Below are positions 1 to 9,909 of a DNA stretch of 64,000 nucleotides, piece after piece. How positions within the stretch are numbered: position 1 is the stretch's first letter; every line of letters starts with the position of its first letter. Made by a program: the position numbers and the translations under genes. The notes beneath the pieces are model-generated. The model saw only the letters and a list, made by a program, of their open reading frames with translations, searched no databases and was not told the origin of the DNA. The DNA is from Nitrospinae bacterium AH_259_B05_G02_I21 (GTDB lineage: Bacteria; JADFOP01): the NCBI GenBank assembly GCA_027717595.1, contig JALLOF010000002.1:29324-93323 (forward strand), given 5' to 3'.

Positions 1-112
1 ACTCGAATAGCTTAGCCTCGCAAGCCGGGGATGGATGAATGAGCACATGAGTCTGCAACTCAAAGGAAGCCAGGGCCTCGGCGAGAGCCCAGCTCTTGTA
101 GAGAGCCCCCAT
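1..112 (-). CDS. possible 5' end of a further minus-strand gene running off the window (partial, unassigned)
   Basis: ATG at 112..110 (minus strand) opens a frame MGALYKSWALAEALASFELQ... that stays open to position 1. It lies 44 bp downstream of the neuB-like stop. Only 37 aa are visible and no domain is recognisable. Confidence 0.2.
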   Translation of the reverse strand, partial: MGALYKSWALAEALASFELQTHVLIHPSPACEAKLFE

Positions 113-156
113 TCCCAAGTCTTTCGAGCCTTCGGTCCTAATGACCACCGGGGTGG

Positions 157-1200
157 TCACGCGAGGTCTTCCCAGTGTAAAGGTTCTTCTGCTTCCAGAT
201 TGCGCGAAGCTCGCCATCCCAGAACCTCGTCCCAGTGCTTAGGAGCTATACCGTTTCCCGGCCGGCGAACGTCGACCATCTCCTCCGTAATAATGGTCCC
301 CGCCGGAATATCTACTAAGGTAACGATGCCAACCCGGTTGGTAAGTCGATGCTCTTCCTCCGAGGACGACGGGACCTTCCGGCCATGGCCCAGGGCTGGC
401 TCGACGGCGCGAACGGTCTCAATGAGCTGACGATACTCCTCCTCGGTCAGAGAGAGGATGTGGTCTGGGCCGTCGGCCGTCTTGTCGTAGGTGAAGTGCC
501 GCTCGACCATGTTGGCCCCCAACGCCACGGCGGCTAAGGAGACCTCGGTGCCAAGGGTGTGGTCCGACCAGCCCACAGGAAGCCCGAAGGCCTCCTTCAT
601 GGTGGGAATGACCCGCAGGTTGGCCTCATGGTGCTTGGTGGGGTAGTTCGACACGCAGTGCAGCATAATGAGCCGGTCGCCCGCCCCGGCGGTGTCGATG
701 GTCTCCACCGACTCTTGAACCTCCTCAAGGGTGCACATCCCTGTGGAGAGAATGATGGGTTTGCCTGTCTGGGCCACCTCCCGGAGCAAAGGGATGTGGC
801 AGGCCAGGTCGGAGCCAATCTTGTAAATAGGAACCCCAAGCTCTTCCATGAACTCCAGGTCTTTCATGTGGCTGGGGGCCGAGTAGATGGTCACTCCTTT
901 AGAGCGGGCGTGCTCGAAAACGGCCCGCTGGAGCTCCTTGGGTGGCTCGCTCTTCTTGAAGACCTCGTACTGAGGTACGTAGCCCGTCACCTCGAGATTA
1001 AACATGGCCTTCTTTGTCGTGATGGTCTCGGCCTCAAACGTTTGAAGTTTGACTGCGTCCAGGCCGACTCGAACAGCCGCATCGATTAGCCAAACCCCTT
1101 TCTCCACAGTCTTGAAATTCCCGCCAATCTCGGCCACAAAGTAAACTGGGGTTTTATCGCCAACCCACTTGTCTCCCAGCTTCACTTGCTTCATCGTCAC
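157..1200 (-). CDS. neuB: N-acetylneuraminate / nonulosonic acid synthase (NeuB/PseI/LegI family) with C-terminal SAF domain
   Basis: 347 aa ORF. The TIM-barrel region (VYFVAEIGGNF...DAVKLQTF...SAPSHMKDLEFMEELGVPIYKIGS...MLHCVSNYPT) and the C-terminal SAF/antifreeze-like domain (VRRPGNGIAPKHWDEVLG) are typical of sialic acid synthases. Confidence 0.8.
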   Translation of the reverse strand: MTMKQVKLGDKWVGDKTPVYFVAEIGGNFKTVEKGVWLIDAAVRVGLDAVKLQTFEAETITTKKAMFNLEVTGYVPQYEVFKKSEPPKELQRAVFEHARSKGVTIYSAPSHMKDLEFMEELGVPIYKIGSDLACHIPLLREVAQTGKPIILSTGMCTLEEVQESVETIDTAGAGDRLIMLHCVSNYPTKHHEANLRVIPTMKEAFGLPVGWSDHTLGTEVSLAAVALGANMVERHFTYDKTADGPDHILSLTEEEYRQLIETVRAVEPALGHGRKVPSSSEEEHRLTNRVGIVTLVDIPAGTIITEEMVDVRRPGNGIAPKHWDEVLGWRASRNLEAEEPLHWEDLA

Positions 1201-1218
1201 AGCTTCTCCCCATCTACT

Positions 1219-2289
1219 CTATTGGCCAATAACCTCCGTCCGCTTCGTGTAGGCCTCCAGCTGGATAACCCTCCCATCCACTTCGAAGCGTCGTACCTCG
1301 GTCTTTCGCGGAAGGTGGCAGGCCTTGCAGGGTGTGAGAAGCTCCACCCCACGCCGTTGCCTGTGGATTGCCCGAGCCTCGGTGAGCCGCTCCCCATGCC
1401 ATATTTCATAGAGGGACTGGGTGTTCACGTCTCCCACGATGTGACGGCCGAGCTCATCGTTGATACAGAGGAGCACCTTCCCGTCAGAGCCGATGACGAG
1501 CCGCTGGTAGAGCACGGGGCAAGAGAACCCTTCCTCGTACTCGATATCCGTATCGAGGTGGAGGTAGTCCATCAGAGGGTTGGTAGAGACCTGATCCACG
1601 ATGGGCTCGAAGAGATCGTAGAAGGCCTGGGGGTCATCCTTGATAGCGGGCCAGACCGTCTGGACTTTGATGACCGGCTTGGCTGACCCCCGGCGCTCCT
1701 TGATTGCCTTGTAGGTGCGAATCTTCTCCACCGCCTCGTCGAACTTGGCTGGCCGGCGGATTTTCTCGTACGTCTCACCCACGCCGTCAAAGGAGATGGT
1801 TAGCCAGTCGAGGCCCGCATCAAGCATCTCCTCAAACTGGGTCGGGTTGAGACGCAGGCCGTTGGTCAGGGTGGAGACTTCCTTGATTCCCTTTTCCTTC
1901 GCGTAGCGGGTAAGCTCGACAATCTTCCGATGAAGGAACGGTTCGCCCCGGAAAGAGAGACGGATGGAGTAGGTCCCGTAGTGTGCGCACTCATCGACAA
2001 TCTTCCGAAAGAGATCGGGATCAATATTCTTGTGAGTGACCATCTTTTTGAAGTCGTCGCTGACCGTGTAGCACATGGGACAAACCATATCGCAGGCGCT
2101 GGAGAGCTCTATGTCTACGTGGTCGGGAAAGCGGCTCACCCTGCCGAGACGAGGATAGATGTGCCACCGGAACCGGTTCGTCAGGTAGCGCACGAAATGG
2201 CCCCGGCCGCGCCCCAGGTTAAACTTCAGCCACTGCAAGGGAGTGCTGAGAGTGAATTGGCCTTTGTTGATTTTCATAGAACCCCCCAA
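1219..2289 (-). CDS. radical SAM protein with C-terminal Cys-rich (SPASM/twitch-like) extension
   Basis: Cx3Cx2C motif (SSACDMVCPMC) near the N-terminus; further Cys pairs near the C-terminus (SCPV...LLCIND...TPCKACH). The start is more likely the internal MKINKGQF (~2277). Confidence 0.75.
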   Translation of the reverse strand: MGGSMKINKGQFTLSTPLQWLKFNLGRGRGHFVRYLTNRFRWHIYPRLGRVSRFPDHVDIELSSACDMVCPMCYTVSDDFKKMVTHKNIDPDLFRKIVDECAHYGTYSIRLSFRGEPFLHRKIVELTRYAKEKGIKEVSTLTNGLRLNPTQFEEMLDAGLDWLTISFDGVGETYEKIRRPAKFDEAVEKIRTYKAIKERRGSAKPVIKVQTVWPAIKDDPQAFYDLFEPIVDQVSTNPLMDYLHLDTDIEYEEGFSCPVLYQRLVIGSDGKVLLCINDELGRHIVGDVNTQSLYEIWHGERLTEARAIHRQRRGVELLTPCKACHLPRKTEVRRFEVDGRVIQLEAYTKRTEVIGQ

Positions 2290-2319
2290 ACCTTTAACAG
2301 AGTAATGAAACTTACCTCC

Positions 2320-3342
2320 TCACTCGACCGGCTTCTCGGCAAAGAGACGGAGGTTGTTGCCCCTCCCTGCCCGATTGATGACGTTTTGCAACTCGTTGAT
2401 GTTCGCCTTTACGAATTGCCTCGCCTCGGTATGGTACATTCCAAAGACTTTCCACGCTTCTTCGCCAAAAACGGAGAGAATTTTTTCCACATCGAGGCCG
2501 TGGGTTTCCTGATGCCGGGTCACAAAGCTAGCCTTTTCAACCATCTTTTGAAGCGTCGCGGGCGTGAAGTAGAGGATATGCAGTTCCCCTTGAAAGAACG
2601 GCGCGTGGACGCTCAGGAAGAGAACCTCCACGCTGTCGAAATTGGGCACATAGATGAACACCATACCTCCCAGCTTCAGTACCCTCCACACTTCGCACAA
2701 CGTTGCCATAGGCCTGGGGAGGTGTTCAAGAACATCCCACATAACCACGACATCGAAGGCCTCGGATGGGAAATTGGCGTCAAGGAGGTCACAGTTGTGA
2801 ATGTTGTCAAGCCCCAGGGCGTCCCGGGCGTACTCGCACCCGAAGCGGTTAATCTCAACCCCCGTAACGTTCCAGCCCAACGCACGGGCTGAGTCCAGGA
2901 AATGGCCGTTGGCTGAACCGACTTCGAGAAGGGTGCCAGGTGTCGGCCTATACGCAGCTATATAGCGCAGGCGCTCTCGGTACAACCGTTCCTGGCGATA
3001 TTTCGCGCTCTTGAGCAGAAGCTCCCGTGCCATGAAATTGTACCGTTCATCGTTGTAAAGCGAGGGAATCACTTGGTCTTTGACACGGGGGTTGATGTAG
3101 ATGAGGCCGCAACGCTTACAGCGGACAAAACGAAATCCATCCCTGAAGAAAAGTTCTTCCTCGTGATCCTTCGCCTCACAGAGATAACAGGGTACGTCCT
3201 CAGCTAAATCGTCCTTAAGGCACCCAGTCTGGTCGTCCACCAAGGACTCCAGCACCTGGCGACGCATGTCCCTGAGAGCATCCATCACGCCCTCGGGATG
3301 AAGTTCAGACATATCAATAGGATCCTGTTTAGTCGGCTTCAT
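2320..3342 (-). CDS. class I SAM-dependent methyltransferase with N-terminal zinc-ribbon
   Basis: N-terminal CxxC...CxxC (CYLCEAK...CKRCGLIYINPR) followed by SAM motif I (LLEVGSANGHF) and post-I/II motifs (VTGVE, FDVVVMWDVLEHL). Confidence 0.75.
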   Translation of the reverse strand: MKPTKQDPIDMSELHPEGVMDALRDMRRQVLESLVDDQTGCLKDDLAEDVPCYLCEAKDHEEELFFRDGFRFVRCKRCGLIYINPRVKDQVIPSLYNDERYNFMARELLLKSAKYRQERLYRERLRYIAAYRPTPGTLLEVGSANGHFLDSARALGWNVTGVEINRFGCEYARDALGLDNIHNCDLLDANFPSEAFDVVVMWDVLEHLPRPMATLCEVWRVLKLGGMVFIYVPNFDSVEVLFLSVHAPFFQGELHILYFTPATLQKMVEKASFVTRHQETHGLDVEKILSVFGEEAWKVFGMYHTEARQFVKANINELQNVINRAGRGNNLRLFAEKPVE

Positions 3343-5563
3343 GCATCACCTTTGCCATCGATATCAGCTTAGCTGAGAGGAGGCTCTGCAGTGTCTCGGC
3401 CACCCTGTCCGCAGCCCAACCATCGTGAGAGGCTGCATTTTTGTATCGATATTGGTCCTGACATTCCCCGAGGGCTGACCGGAGGGCTTCATCCGTCAAA
3501 AGGCGCTCCAGCGCCCCCGCTAGCCCCATTGGTGTATCCACATCCAACGCCACCCCTGCTGCTGCGTAGCTCTGAGTTTTAGGATAATAGTCCAGGTACA
3601 GGTTGATGAACGGCCTGCCCATGAGGATGGCCTCTAGGCCGATGGTGGAAGGCGCTGTGACTACCACGTCGCTCACAGCCATCCACTCGTAGAGCATCTC
3701 GTCGGTCACGACCACATCACCCATCCCTCGGGCCGCCAAGGCTCGCTCATACCAAGCTTTAGGCACCCCTGGAGGGGCCTTCAAGACCCATTGGACGGAA
3801 GGCAAGGAGTCCCGGGCCTGCAGGAGGCTCTCAAGATAGGGCCCAATGGTGGCTCGATCGACGGTGGCAAAGCCCCGTGGCGGACAAAAGAGCACCACGG
3901 GGCGCTCGGGGCTGAGGCCCCGGCGGGCTAGGATCTCTTCCTTCCGGAAGAGTTCGCCCGTGCGCCGCAGCACGTCGAAGCGAGGGCAACCCGTCACCAC
4001 CACTCGTTCGGCGGGGTAAGTGCTCCTAGTAGTGAGAAGCGTCTTGGTAGCCTCATCGAACACGGCTATCACGTCCGGCAGCAGGTCGAGGTCCCGCGGT
4101 CCATACCGCTTCATATAATCCGAATTCACTGGACCAATCTCCCCGTGCTGCAGCCCGAGGGTGGGAACCCCAGCAGCACGGCAGGCCACGATCAAGGCTC
4201 GTCCCAGAGGCCCGGTCTCATAGCTGATAGCGCAGGCTCTCGGGCGCCATGCCGCAACGAGGGCGTGGGCGGCCTCGATCCATCCGATGATCCCTGTGAG
4301 GTAGTCCTCCGCCAGGAACTGAAACCGCGGCGCCAGAGCCGGCCAGAGATCGAGGCCATCGAAGCGAAAGGCCGAGGACATGGGTGGCGAGGGACTGTTC
4401 CAGAGGGACCGCCGCGCTCGGGCCCACCGCAACCCGCAAACGATCCCTCGGAGAGTAAAGAAGCGATCCATAACCGACCAAGGGACGGTCCGCTCGGCCC
4501 ACAGCCGATGGATGGTCTCCCGCCACCCCCTGCGAACGGAGTACGGCATATCAACTGCCAGCACGGGACCCTGGCCACGGGCCAAAAGCTCTGCAATAAC
4601 TGGGTAGCAAACCGGGTCGGTCCAGGTGAAGGCTCGGGCCATCGGGTCGTAGTCCTTCCGCCAATAGCTGCTTGCCGAGCAAAAGATAATCGGCCGCCTT
4701 TTCGACCACCGGCGACGGACACGCAAGGCTGCCAACCGAGCCAGAGTGCTTCGGAGCCGAGCGGCTCCCCACATCGCCCACATCCCAACGCGCAACCGAT
4801 GGAGAAGCGAGACCAGCCGACCGAGCCAGCGGGAACGCCACGACTTCCACACATTCGGCTTCACCCTCTGGACGGGAATCCCTCTCTTCTCGCTCTCCGC
4901 ACAGAAAACCCGAGCAAAGAGCCACGGGTCTTCTAGAAGCCCAAAGAGGGGCGCCCACTCCGACGAGAACTCCTCCGGGTCGATGATGGCGCACCAATCG
5001 GGCTTCTCTCTCTCAAGGAGGGCTTCGATTTTGGAGCGAACGATCACTAGGTTTTCCAGATCCACAAAGAGGGCCGGAGCTAAAAACTCCCAAAGGGGTA
5101 TGCTCTCGTACTCTATTAACTGACCCAACGCTTGCCCTTCTTCCATGGAACGGCATGGGAGGTCATTAATCCACTCAATAGTAGCGGCTCTATAGTTGGG
5201 CAACCCTCCTTCGTTCAGACCATTATCTATAAATTCCTCACAGAATCCATGAGCCTCTAAAGAGCGCAGTCCCTCGACTCTCCAGGCCAGTGCCTGAAGT
5301 TTTCCCCTGCGACGGCCCTCCGCCACGAGCCTTGACAGCGCTTCCGGATCCTCCGCCCCCGAGACCATGAGTAACCCTCGGGAACCCCAGGAGCTCTCGG
5401 AAAGAGAGGTTCGTGCCCTGTCCTTTCCCAACGAGGAAACGACCTTGGCGCTACGACAAACCATCTCGCTCCATGACCTTTTCGTAAATGTCCTTTTCAA
5501 GCCTCCTCCCACTGACGGCCATCGAATACGGCGGCCCGTTCCCAGCCAAACTGGCCCAGGCAC
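3329..5563 (-). CDS. TagF/TagB-like CDP-glycerol glycerophosphotransferase-family protein with a large N-terminal extension (possible capsule/teichoic-like polymerase)
   Basis: The C-terminal half carries family-like motifs VLFCPPRG (cf. LYaPTwR), WVLKAPPG (cf. KpHP) and VVVTDEMLYEWMAVSDVVVTAPSTIGLEAILMGRPFINLYLDYY (cf. ITDYSS...kP...Dxe.Y). The real start is probably the internal MVSGAEDPE (~5368), which has a GAGGG SD. Confidence 0.5.
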   Translation of the reverse strand: MPGPVWLGTGRRIRWPSVGGGLKRTFTKRSWSEMVCRSAKVVSSLGKDRARTSLSESSWGSRGLLMVSGAEDPEALSRLVAEGRRRGKLQALAWRVEGLRSLEAHGFCEEFIDNGLNEGGLPNYRAATIEWINDLPCRSMEEGQALGQLIEYESIPLWEFLAPALFVDLENLVIVRSKIEALLEREKPDWCAIIDPEEFSSEWAPLFGLLEDPWLFARVFCAESEKRGIPVQRVKPNVWKSWRSRWLGRLVSLLHRLRVGMWAMWGAARLRSTLARLAALRVRRRWSKRRPIIFCSASSYWRKDYDPMARAFTWTDPVCYPVIAELLARGQGPVLAVDMPYSVRRGWRETIHRLWAERTVPWSVMDRFFTLRGIVCGLRWARARRSLWNSPSPPMSSAFRFDGLDLWPALAPRFQFLAEDYLTGIIGWIEAAHALVAAWRPRACAISYETGPLGRALIVACRAAGVPTLGLQHGEIGPVNSDYMKRYGPRDLDLLPDVIAVFDEATKTLLTTRSTYPAERVVVTGCPRFDVLRRTGELFRKEEILARRGLSPERPVVLFCPPRGFATVDRATIGPYLESLLQARDSLPSVQWVLKAPPGVPKAWYERALAARGMGDVVVTDEMLYEWMAVSDVVVTAPSTIGLEAILMGRPFINLYLDYYPKTQSYAAAGVALDVDTPMGLAGALERLLTDEALRSALGECQDQYRYKNAASHDGWAADRVAETLQSLLSAKLISMAKVMHEAD

Positions 5564-5602
5564 CCGCGCAAAGTAGAATCAGCCAAGAACTTCTCGATCG
5601 CC

Positions 5603-7471
5603 TCACGAAAGGGATTGCTGGACAACTCTCCGCTCCACGTAACCTGTCTTGCCTGGAAAAGCCAGCTTCGTTTCCAAAATGGGTAGGGTCCAAGAATGCG
5701 CCTTCGCCCCATTTGTGGGAAGGCGGTAAAGCTTAATAGAATTGTTCCATATAACCTCCTCGGAGATCTCGCGCTCTCGACGGACTCTATCCGCCGGACA
5801 AGGAAGGGCGAGGTTGGTGCAAACCTTTAAGGCTAGGTCTAACAGTTCCATCCGCTTAGCGGTGAAAGGATCGGTGTTTGGAAAAACGGCAACAGGGTTT
5901 TGGCCGGGAAGATACGTCGCCATGAAGGCCAAGCGCTCCGGTTTACGATATTGGGTCTCGGAGGTGGCATAATAAAGCGGCAAGTCCAGCAACTCTACAC
6001 GCCTGGTCTGCCCCCACCGCTTCAAGTAGATAGCATTACGGTCGTTTGTGTGGTTCCGCGCTAAGGGGAGATAGGCCTTGGTGCCATGAGCCTCCCATAG
6101 AGCCGGCCTTCGGTGGGTTACGATGGCCTTTTCGCCACGCTCCCTCAGCCAGTGGGCCGCATCCTTGTAGCCAGAGCGAACCCGGTACAGGTAGCCGATA
6201 TGGGCCCCCTGGATTAAAAAGAAGGCCGCGAGAGCCAAAGCCAAAACGAAGGACCCAAGACGCCAGCGTCGGATAGCTTCGGCCGCCGCAATTCCTCCTG
6301 AAAGGGCTACGAAGATGGAGACATACGCCACGTTTCGTGGGTATGGAAGTTTGGAGGCGAAGACGAAGTAAAACAAAAAGGGGAAACCTAAACCGAACAA
6401 TACTAACAACTCTTCCGGCCTTCGGCCCTTCCACCAACGTCGGGCCACCATTGCCGTTCCAACGACCGCTAAAGCGGAGACCACCAGCCCCTCGCCGTAG
6501 AGGAAAGGCTGGATGCCGTAGGCCGAAATCTTGCTTCGAAAACCGTAGAAGAAACCTGAAGGGGACAGACTCCTGTGGCGGACCTTCCAAAGCTGTTCAA
6601 AAAATGTCATAAAGGGTCTGTCGTCGGTAAAAAGCCAAGAGAGATTATCACCCAAGACAACCAGAAAGTATGTAAGGGACGCCTCCACAATCACCAGGCA
6701 AATCAGCGCTCCCCCCAGCAGGGGGATCATTTGCCTTGCTAACGCCCGCCATTTGCCTTGCTTCAAAAAAGCGTAGATGGCCACAAAGCCCACGACGAGC
6801 AGATATGGGACGGAGCTTGGATGGATGGCAAAGGTAGCCCCGAGGCCGAATCCCGTCACCCAACCGAGAAAGCGCTTGGAGCGACCATCGGGAAAGCGCA
6901 AACTCGAAAGATAAGCAATCAAAGTCAAACAAAATACAAACATGGCGGCAGTTTGAGCGTAACCGCTACGCGACCAAATGATGTGATAACCCGAGGCGGC
7001 CATGAAAAGGGCGGCCGCCAACGCAGCCAATTCGTCCTCCCAGAGCTGGCGAGCGAGGAGAAACATAGTCAACACCGTAGCGCTTCCAAAAAGTGCGCTC
7101 CAGTAGAGAAGTCCATTGTATCCGGCATTGGGAACAACCAAGTAGAAGGCGCTTAAAAGGGCGTGATAAAGAGGCTTGTAGTAATAATTGCTTATGGGAA
7201 AAACATGGCGCGTTTCCAAGAACTGGATCACGTCTGTCCGTGTCTCCGATGAAAAGCCCGGCCCCTCAAAGGAGCGATCACTTAGCCAGGTAAGAAGAAG
7301 GGCAGTAGTCTTGGGGGAGAAATAATAAGCCGCCTCATTGTCATACTTCAGGCCCCGAACGTCTAGCTTGTAGACCCTAAGACCTAGGCCGAGCATTACG
7401 ATGAGGGCAAGACAAAGGGTAACCCATGGTCTAAGCCCATGCCTGTGGGGCGACTGAAAGGGAGAACTCAC
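5603..7471 (-). CDS. GT-C fold polytopic membrane glycosyltransferase (ArnT/PMT_2-like, putative)
   Basis: 622 aa with more than 10 hydrophobic helices. An acidic-dyad/aromatic motif (KYDNEAAYYF) sits in the first extracytoplasmic loop, as in ArnT/PMT-type GT-C enzymes. Confidence 0.5.
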   Translation of the reverse strand: MSSPFQSPHRHGLRPWVTLCLALIVMLGLGLRVYKLDVRGLKYDNEAAYYFSPKTTALLLTWLSDRSFEGPGFSSETRTDVIQFLETRHVFPISNYYYKPLYHALLSAFYLVVPNAGYNGLLYWSALFGSATVLTMFLLARQLWEDELAALAAALFMAASGYHIIWSRSGYAQTAAMFVFCLTLIAYLSSLRFPDGRSKRFLGWVTGFGLGATFAIHPSSVPYLLVVGFVAIYAFLKQGKWRALARQMIPLLGGALICLVIVEASLTYFLVVLGDNLSWLFTDDRPFMTFFEQLWKVRHRSLSPSGFFYGFRSKISAYGIQPFLYGEGLVVSALAVVGTAMVARRWWKGRRPEELLVLFGLGFPFLFYFVFASKLPYPRNVAYVSIFVALSGGIAAAEAIRRWRLGSFVLALALAAFFLIQGAHIGYLYRVRSGYKDAAHWLRERGEKAIVTHRRPALWEAHGTKAYLPLARNHTNDRNAIYLKRWGQTRRVELLDLPLYYATSETQYRKPERLAFMATYLPGQNPVAVFPNTDPFTAKRMELLDLALKVCTNLALPCPADRVRREREISEEVIWNNSIKLYRLPTNGAKAHSWTLPILETKLAFPGKTGYVERRVVQQSLS

Positions 7472-7495
7472 CTGCTGAATTCTTTTGTGGTTGTA

Positions 7496-8614
7496 TTAGG
7501 GGATACGGTTAAACAGTACTGTGGTTTCCAGGTTGCAAGAGTGAAAGCATTCGCGGCATGCGGACAGCTCGCCTCGAAGTTGTCGATATTCCTCGGATAC
7601 CCATATTTCCTTGAGGTTTTTCTCCTGGATATTACCGATGCTTCGTCTTAGCCCCATATATGTCACGCAGGGGAAAACACTCCCAAAGCAGTCGACGAAA
7701 CAAGTCGTGTAACCTGCATAGCATTGGATGGGAAGCTCCTCACCCCTCAAAGACCGTTTCAGCAGCTTTAGATAGCTCTCGGAATTCCCGATTATGCCAT
7801 TCGAGCGCTTTATCTCCAAAAGCTCATCTATAACACGATCGAGTTTTTCAGCATCGGAGACCTTGTGACGCGCCACGTATGAACGCTCAAGCCCCCCAGG
7901 AGAATAGTCATTATGGTAGTTATGGAGTGCCTCAAAGTACACTTGGTCAACCCCCACCTTCTCCGCAAGCTCCACCATGGGGATAACCTCGTCGAGGTTG
8001 GTCTCACTGACGCACATCCCTACGGACAACGCTACATGAGGGAAGGAACTCTCCCTGAGGGCCCTAAGATTGGCTATAGCATCAGTGGCCCGTTTGAAGG
8101 AACCCTTGCTTCCCCGAAGTCTGTCATGGGTCTCTGCGTCCACGCTGTCCAAGGATATTCCAACGGATTGAATCCCCGATTTGAGGAACTCCTTGGTGGT
8201 TGGTCGGTCAAGAAAATGGCCATTAGTAAAAACAGATACAGGAAGCCCCCTTTCGTCGCTATACTTGATTATTTCAAAAAAATCCTTCCTAAGCAGAGGT
8301 TCTCCACCCATAAAACCAATACCGGTGGTACCTATGCTGACGAACTCGTCCACCACCTTAAGCATTTGAGCCGTATCGAATTCCACCCTTTTTTGTTTCT
8401 TAAAGCGCACTGCCCTTTGAGGCAAATCGCACATAAAACAGCCAGCGTCGCACCCATAAGTGAGCACGAACCCTCCTAATATGGGCCCATGGAGGGGCTT
8501 GCCAAGCTGATGGGAAAGGGGTACCCCAACGTACTTCCAAGCCTGCTGTAAAAACCACCAAAAATCCAGCCTCTGAAGTCTTACTTTAGTTACATGCCAA
8601 TAGTATTTCTTCAC
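7496..8614 (-). CDS. radical SAM/SPASM-domain protein
   Basis: Cx3Cx2C (YGCDAGCFMCD). The C-terminal cysteine cluster (CYAGYTTCFVDCFGSVFPC...CRECFHSC) is typical of SPASM auxiliary Fe-S domains. The gene is visibly AT-richer than its neighbours. Confidence 0.75.
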   Translation of the reverse strand: MKKYYWHVTKVRLQRLDFWWFLQQAWKYVGVPLSHQLGKPLHGPILGGFVLTYGCDAGCFMCDLPQRAVRFKKQKRVEFDTAQMLKVVDEFVSIGTTGIGFMGGEPLLRKDFFEIIKYSDERGLPVSVFTNGHFLDRPTTKEFLKSGIQSVGISLDSVDAETHDRLRGSKGSFKRATDAIANLRALRESSFPHVALSVGMCVSETNLDEVIPMVELAEKVGVDQVYFEALHNYHNDYSPGGLERSYVARHKVSDAEKLDRVIDELLEIKRSNGIIGNSESYLKLLKRSLRGEELPIQCYAGYTTCFVDCFGSVFPCVTYMGLRRSIGNIQEKNLKEIWVSEEYRQLRGELSACRECFHSCNLETTVLFNRIP

Positions 8615-8654
8615 ATATATTTCCTCTCACTTTTCCTTCGAGAAGCTCCTGAGC

Positions 8655-9470
8655 CTAGCCCTTTTCTGCCACCAACAACAGGCCGCTTCCCTCTTCTTCG
8701 CAAACCGAAGCGGCCCTTCCAATCCACGGGCCGTGGAGGTATTTGACCAGCCTCCTCGGCAAAAGACCCGGGCGACCAAGGATCCTCTCAATCTTAGCGC
8801 TAAGCCACCTGGAAGGAAGAAGTAACTCGAACAACCTGTGGCTTCGTTTATCAACGTAGTAGCGATGTAAAACTACATGAAGACCCACCTTCCTTAACTT
8901 TTCCTGCCACTCCTCTAACGAAAGAACATGAAGATGGGCGAATTTAGAATTTACCCACTGAGCCGACCAGCGTCCCAGCGATGCGAGTCCTAACGCCTCA
9001 AGGAAGTTCCTCACCAAAAGCCAATCCCCAAAGGCGGGATTCGGCACAGTCATAATTAGCCTGCCCCCTGGCTCCAAGACCCGGACGACCTCTCCCAACG
9101 TTTCATCCAGAGGCTCTACATGCTCAAGGACGCTGTTGGAAAAGACCGTCTTAAAAGATTCATCAAAGAAGGCCAAGGCGCTACTATCTCCCTTGACGAG
9201 ACCCCGGTAATTGGCCCTAGCCTTCGCCCGGTTAAGGTGAGAGGCAGCCAAATCGAGCCCTACTCCCACGGGTCTATCCACCAGGATTGAGGTGACCAAC
9301 CCATCACCACAGCCCAAATCCAAAAGGGGCTCTTCAAGGGTCACATCGGAGAGGGCCCGGATCTCGTGGGTCCTCCAGAGGGCGACGGCTACTGAATATT
9401 CCTCTAGAAACTTGAAGGGAACCCCATCGGCATTCACAATAATAACTCCTTTATAAGCCAAAATCAGCAT
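8655..9470 (-). CDS. class I SAM-dependent methyltransferase
   Basis: Motif I (LLDLGCGDGLVTS); motifs II/III (FDESFKTVFSNSVLEHV, VLEPGGRLIMTVPN). Confidence 0.7.
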   Translation of the reverse strand: MLILAYKGVIIVNADGVPFKFLEEYSVAVALWRTHEIRALSDVTLEEPLLDLGCGDGLVTSILVDRPVGVGLDLAASHLNRAKARANYRGLVKGDSSALAFFDESFKTVFSNSVLEHVEPLDETLGEVVRVLEPGGRLIMTVPNPAFGDWLLVRNFLEALGLASLGRWSAQWVNSKFAHLHVLSLEEWQEKLRKVGLHVVLHRYYVDKRSHRLFELLLPSRWLSAKIERILGRPGLLPRRLVKYLHGPWIGRAASVCEEEGSGLLLVAEKG

Positions 9471-9900
9471 CTCGTCAAGGCAAAGTGAAAGGCCTTATTG
9501 GAAAAGGGTACAGCATGCTCAACACCTACCACCTTCAATCCACGACTCCTAGCAGCCTCGAGAAAGTGGCCATAAGCACACCCTACTTCCAGAAGCCGCC
9601 CCTTGGCTTTCCAGCCCTCTACAGTATCCAGCACGGCTTCAAAAAAGCGGATCTTCACCGGCATGTGGTCTAAATAACCCTGATAGCCCCCCCCCTAACT
9701 TCACTCCGATTGTAAAAGTACCCGGGCCTGTACCGGCCTTGGGCAGTGTGAGGCTGTATCCGTGGGCTTACGTAAACAAGGCCGCATCCCCTGCACCAGA
9801 CTATCCGCTCCAAGCCTTTGCTAACCAAAACTCTACTGCTGTCCACACCACAGATGGAACACAGGACAGCTTCATATTTGTTAAAGATGTTAGGTGCCAT
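9464..9900 (-). pseudogene. remnant of a zinc-ribbon methyltransferase (paralog of 2320..3342): zinc-ribbon ORF 9670..9900 plus motif-I fragment 9464..9664, separated by a frameshift at a C9/G9 tract
   Basis: 9670..9900 encodes CSICG...CRGCGLVYVSPR (zinc ribbon). 9464..9664 encodes LLEVGCAYGHFLEAARSRGLKVVGVE (motifs I/post-I) and then stops. The two frames differ by +1 across the homopolymer 9687..9695. Even when fused the product would be only ~150 aa. Confidence 0.5.
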
Positions 9901-9909
9901 GAAAGGGAA

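Noticed and set aside
35-430. Listed plus-strand ORF antisense to neuB, and many similar long antisense/alternative-frame ORFs (e.g. 559..1089, 4145..4936, 21045..22277, 30970..31479, 53766..54311, 57443..57931)
   Set aside because: They overlap well-supported genes on the opposite strand or in other frames, have Arg/Pro/Gly-rich low-complexity translations typical of spurious ORFs in high-GC DNA, and lack motifs.
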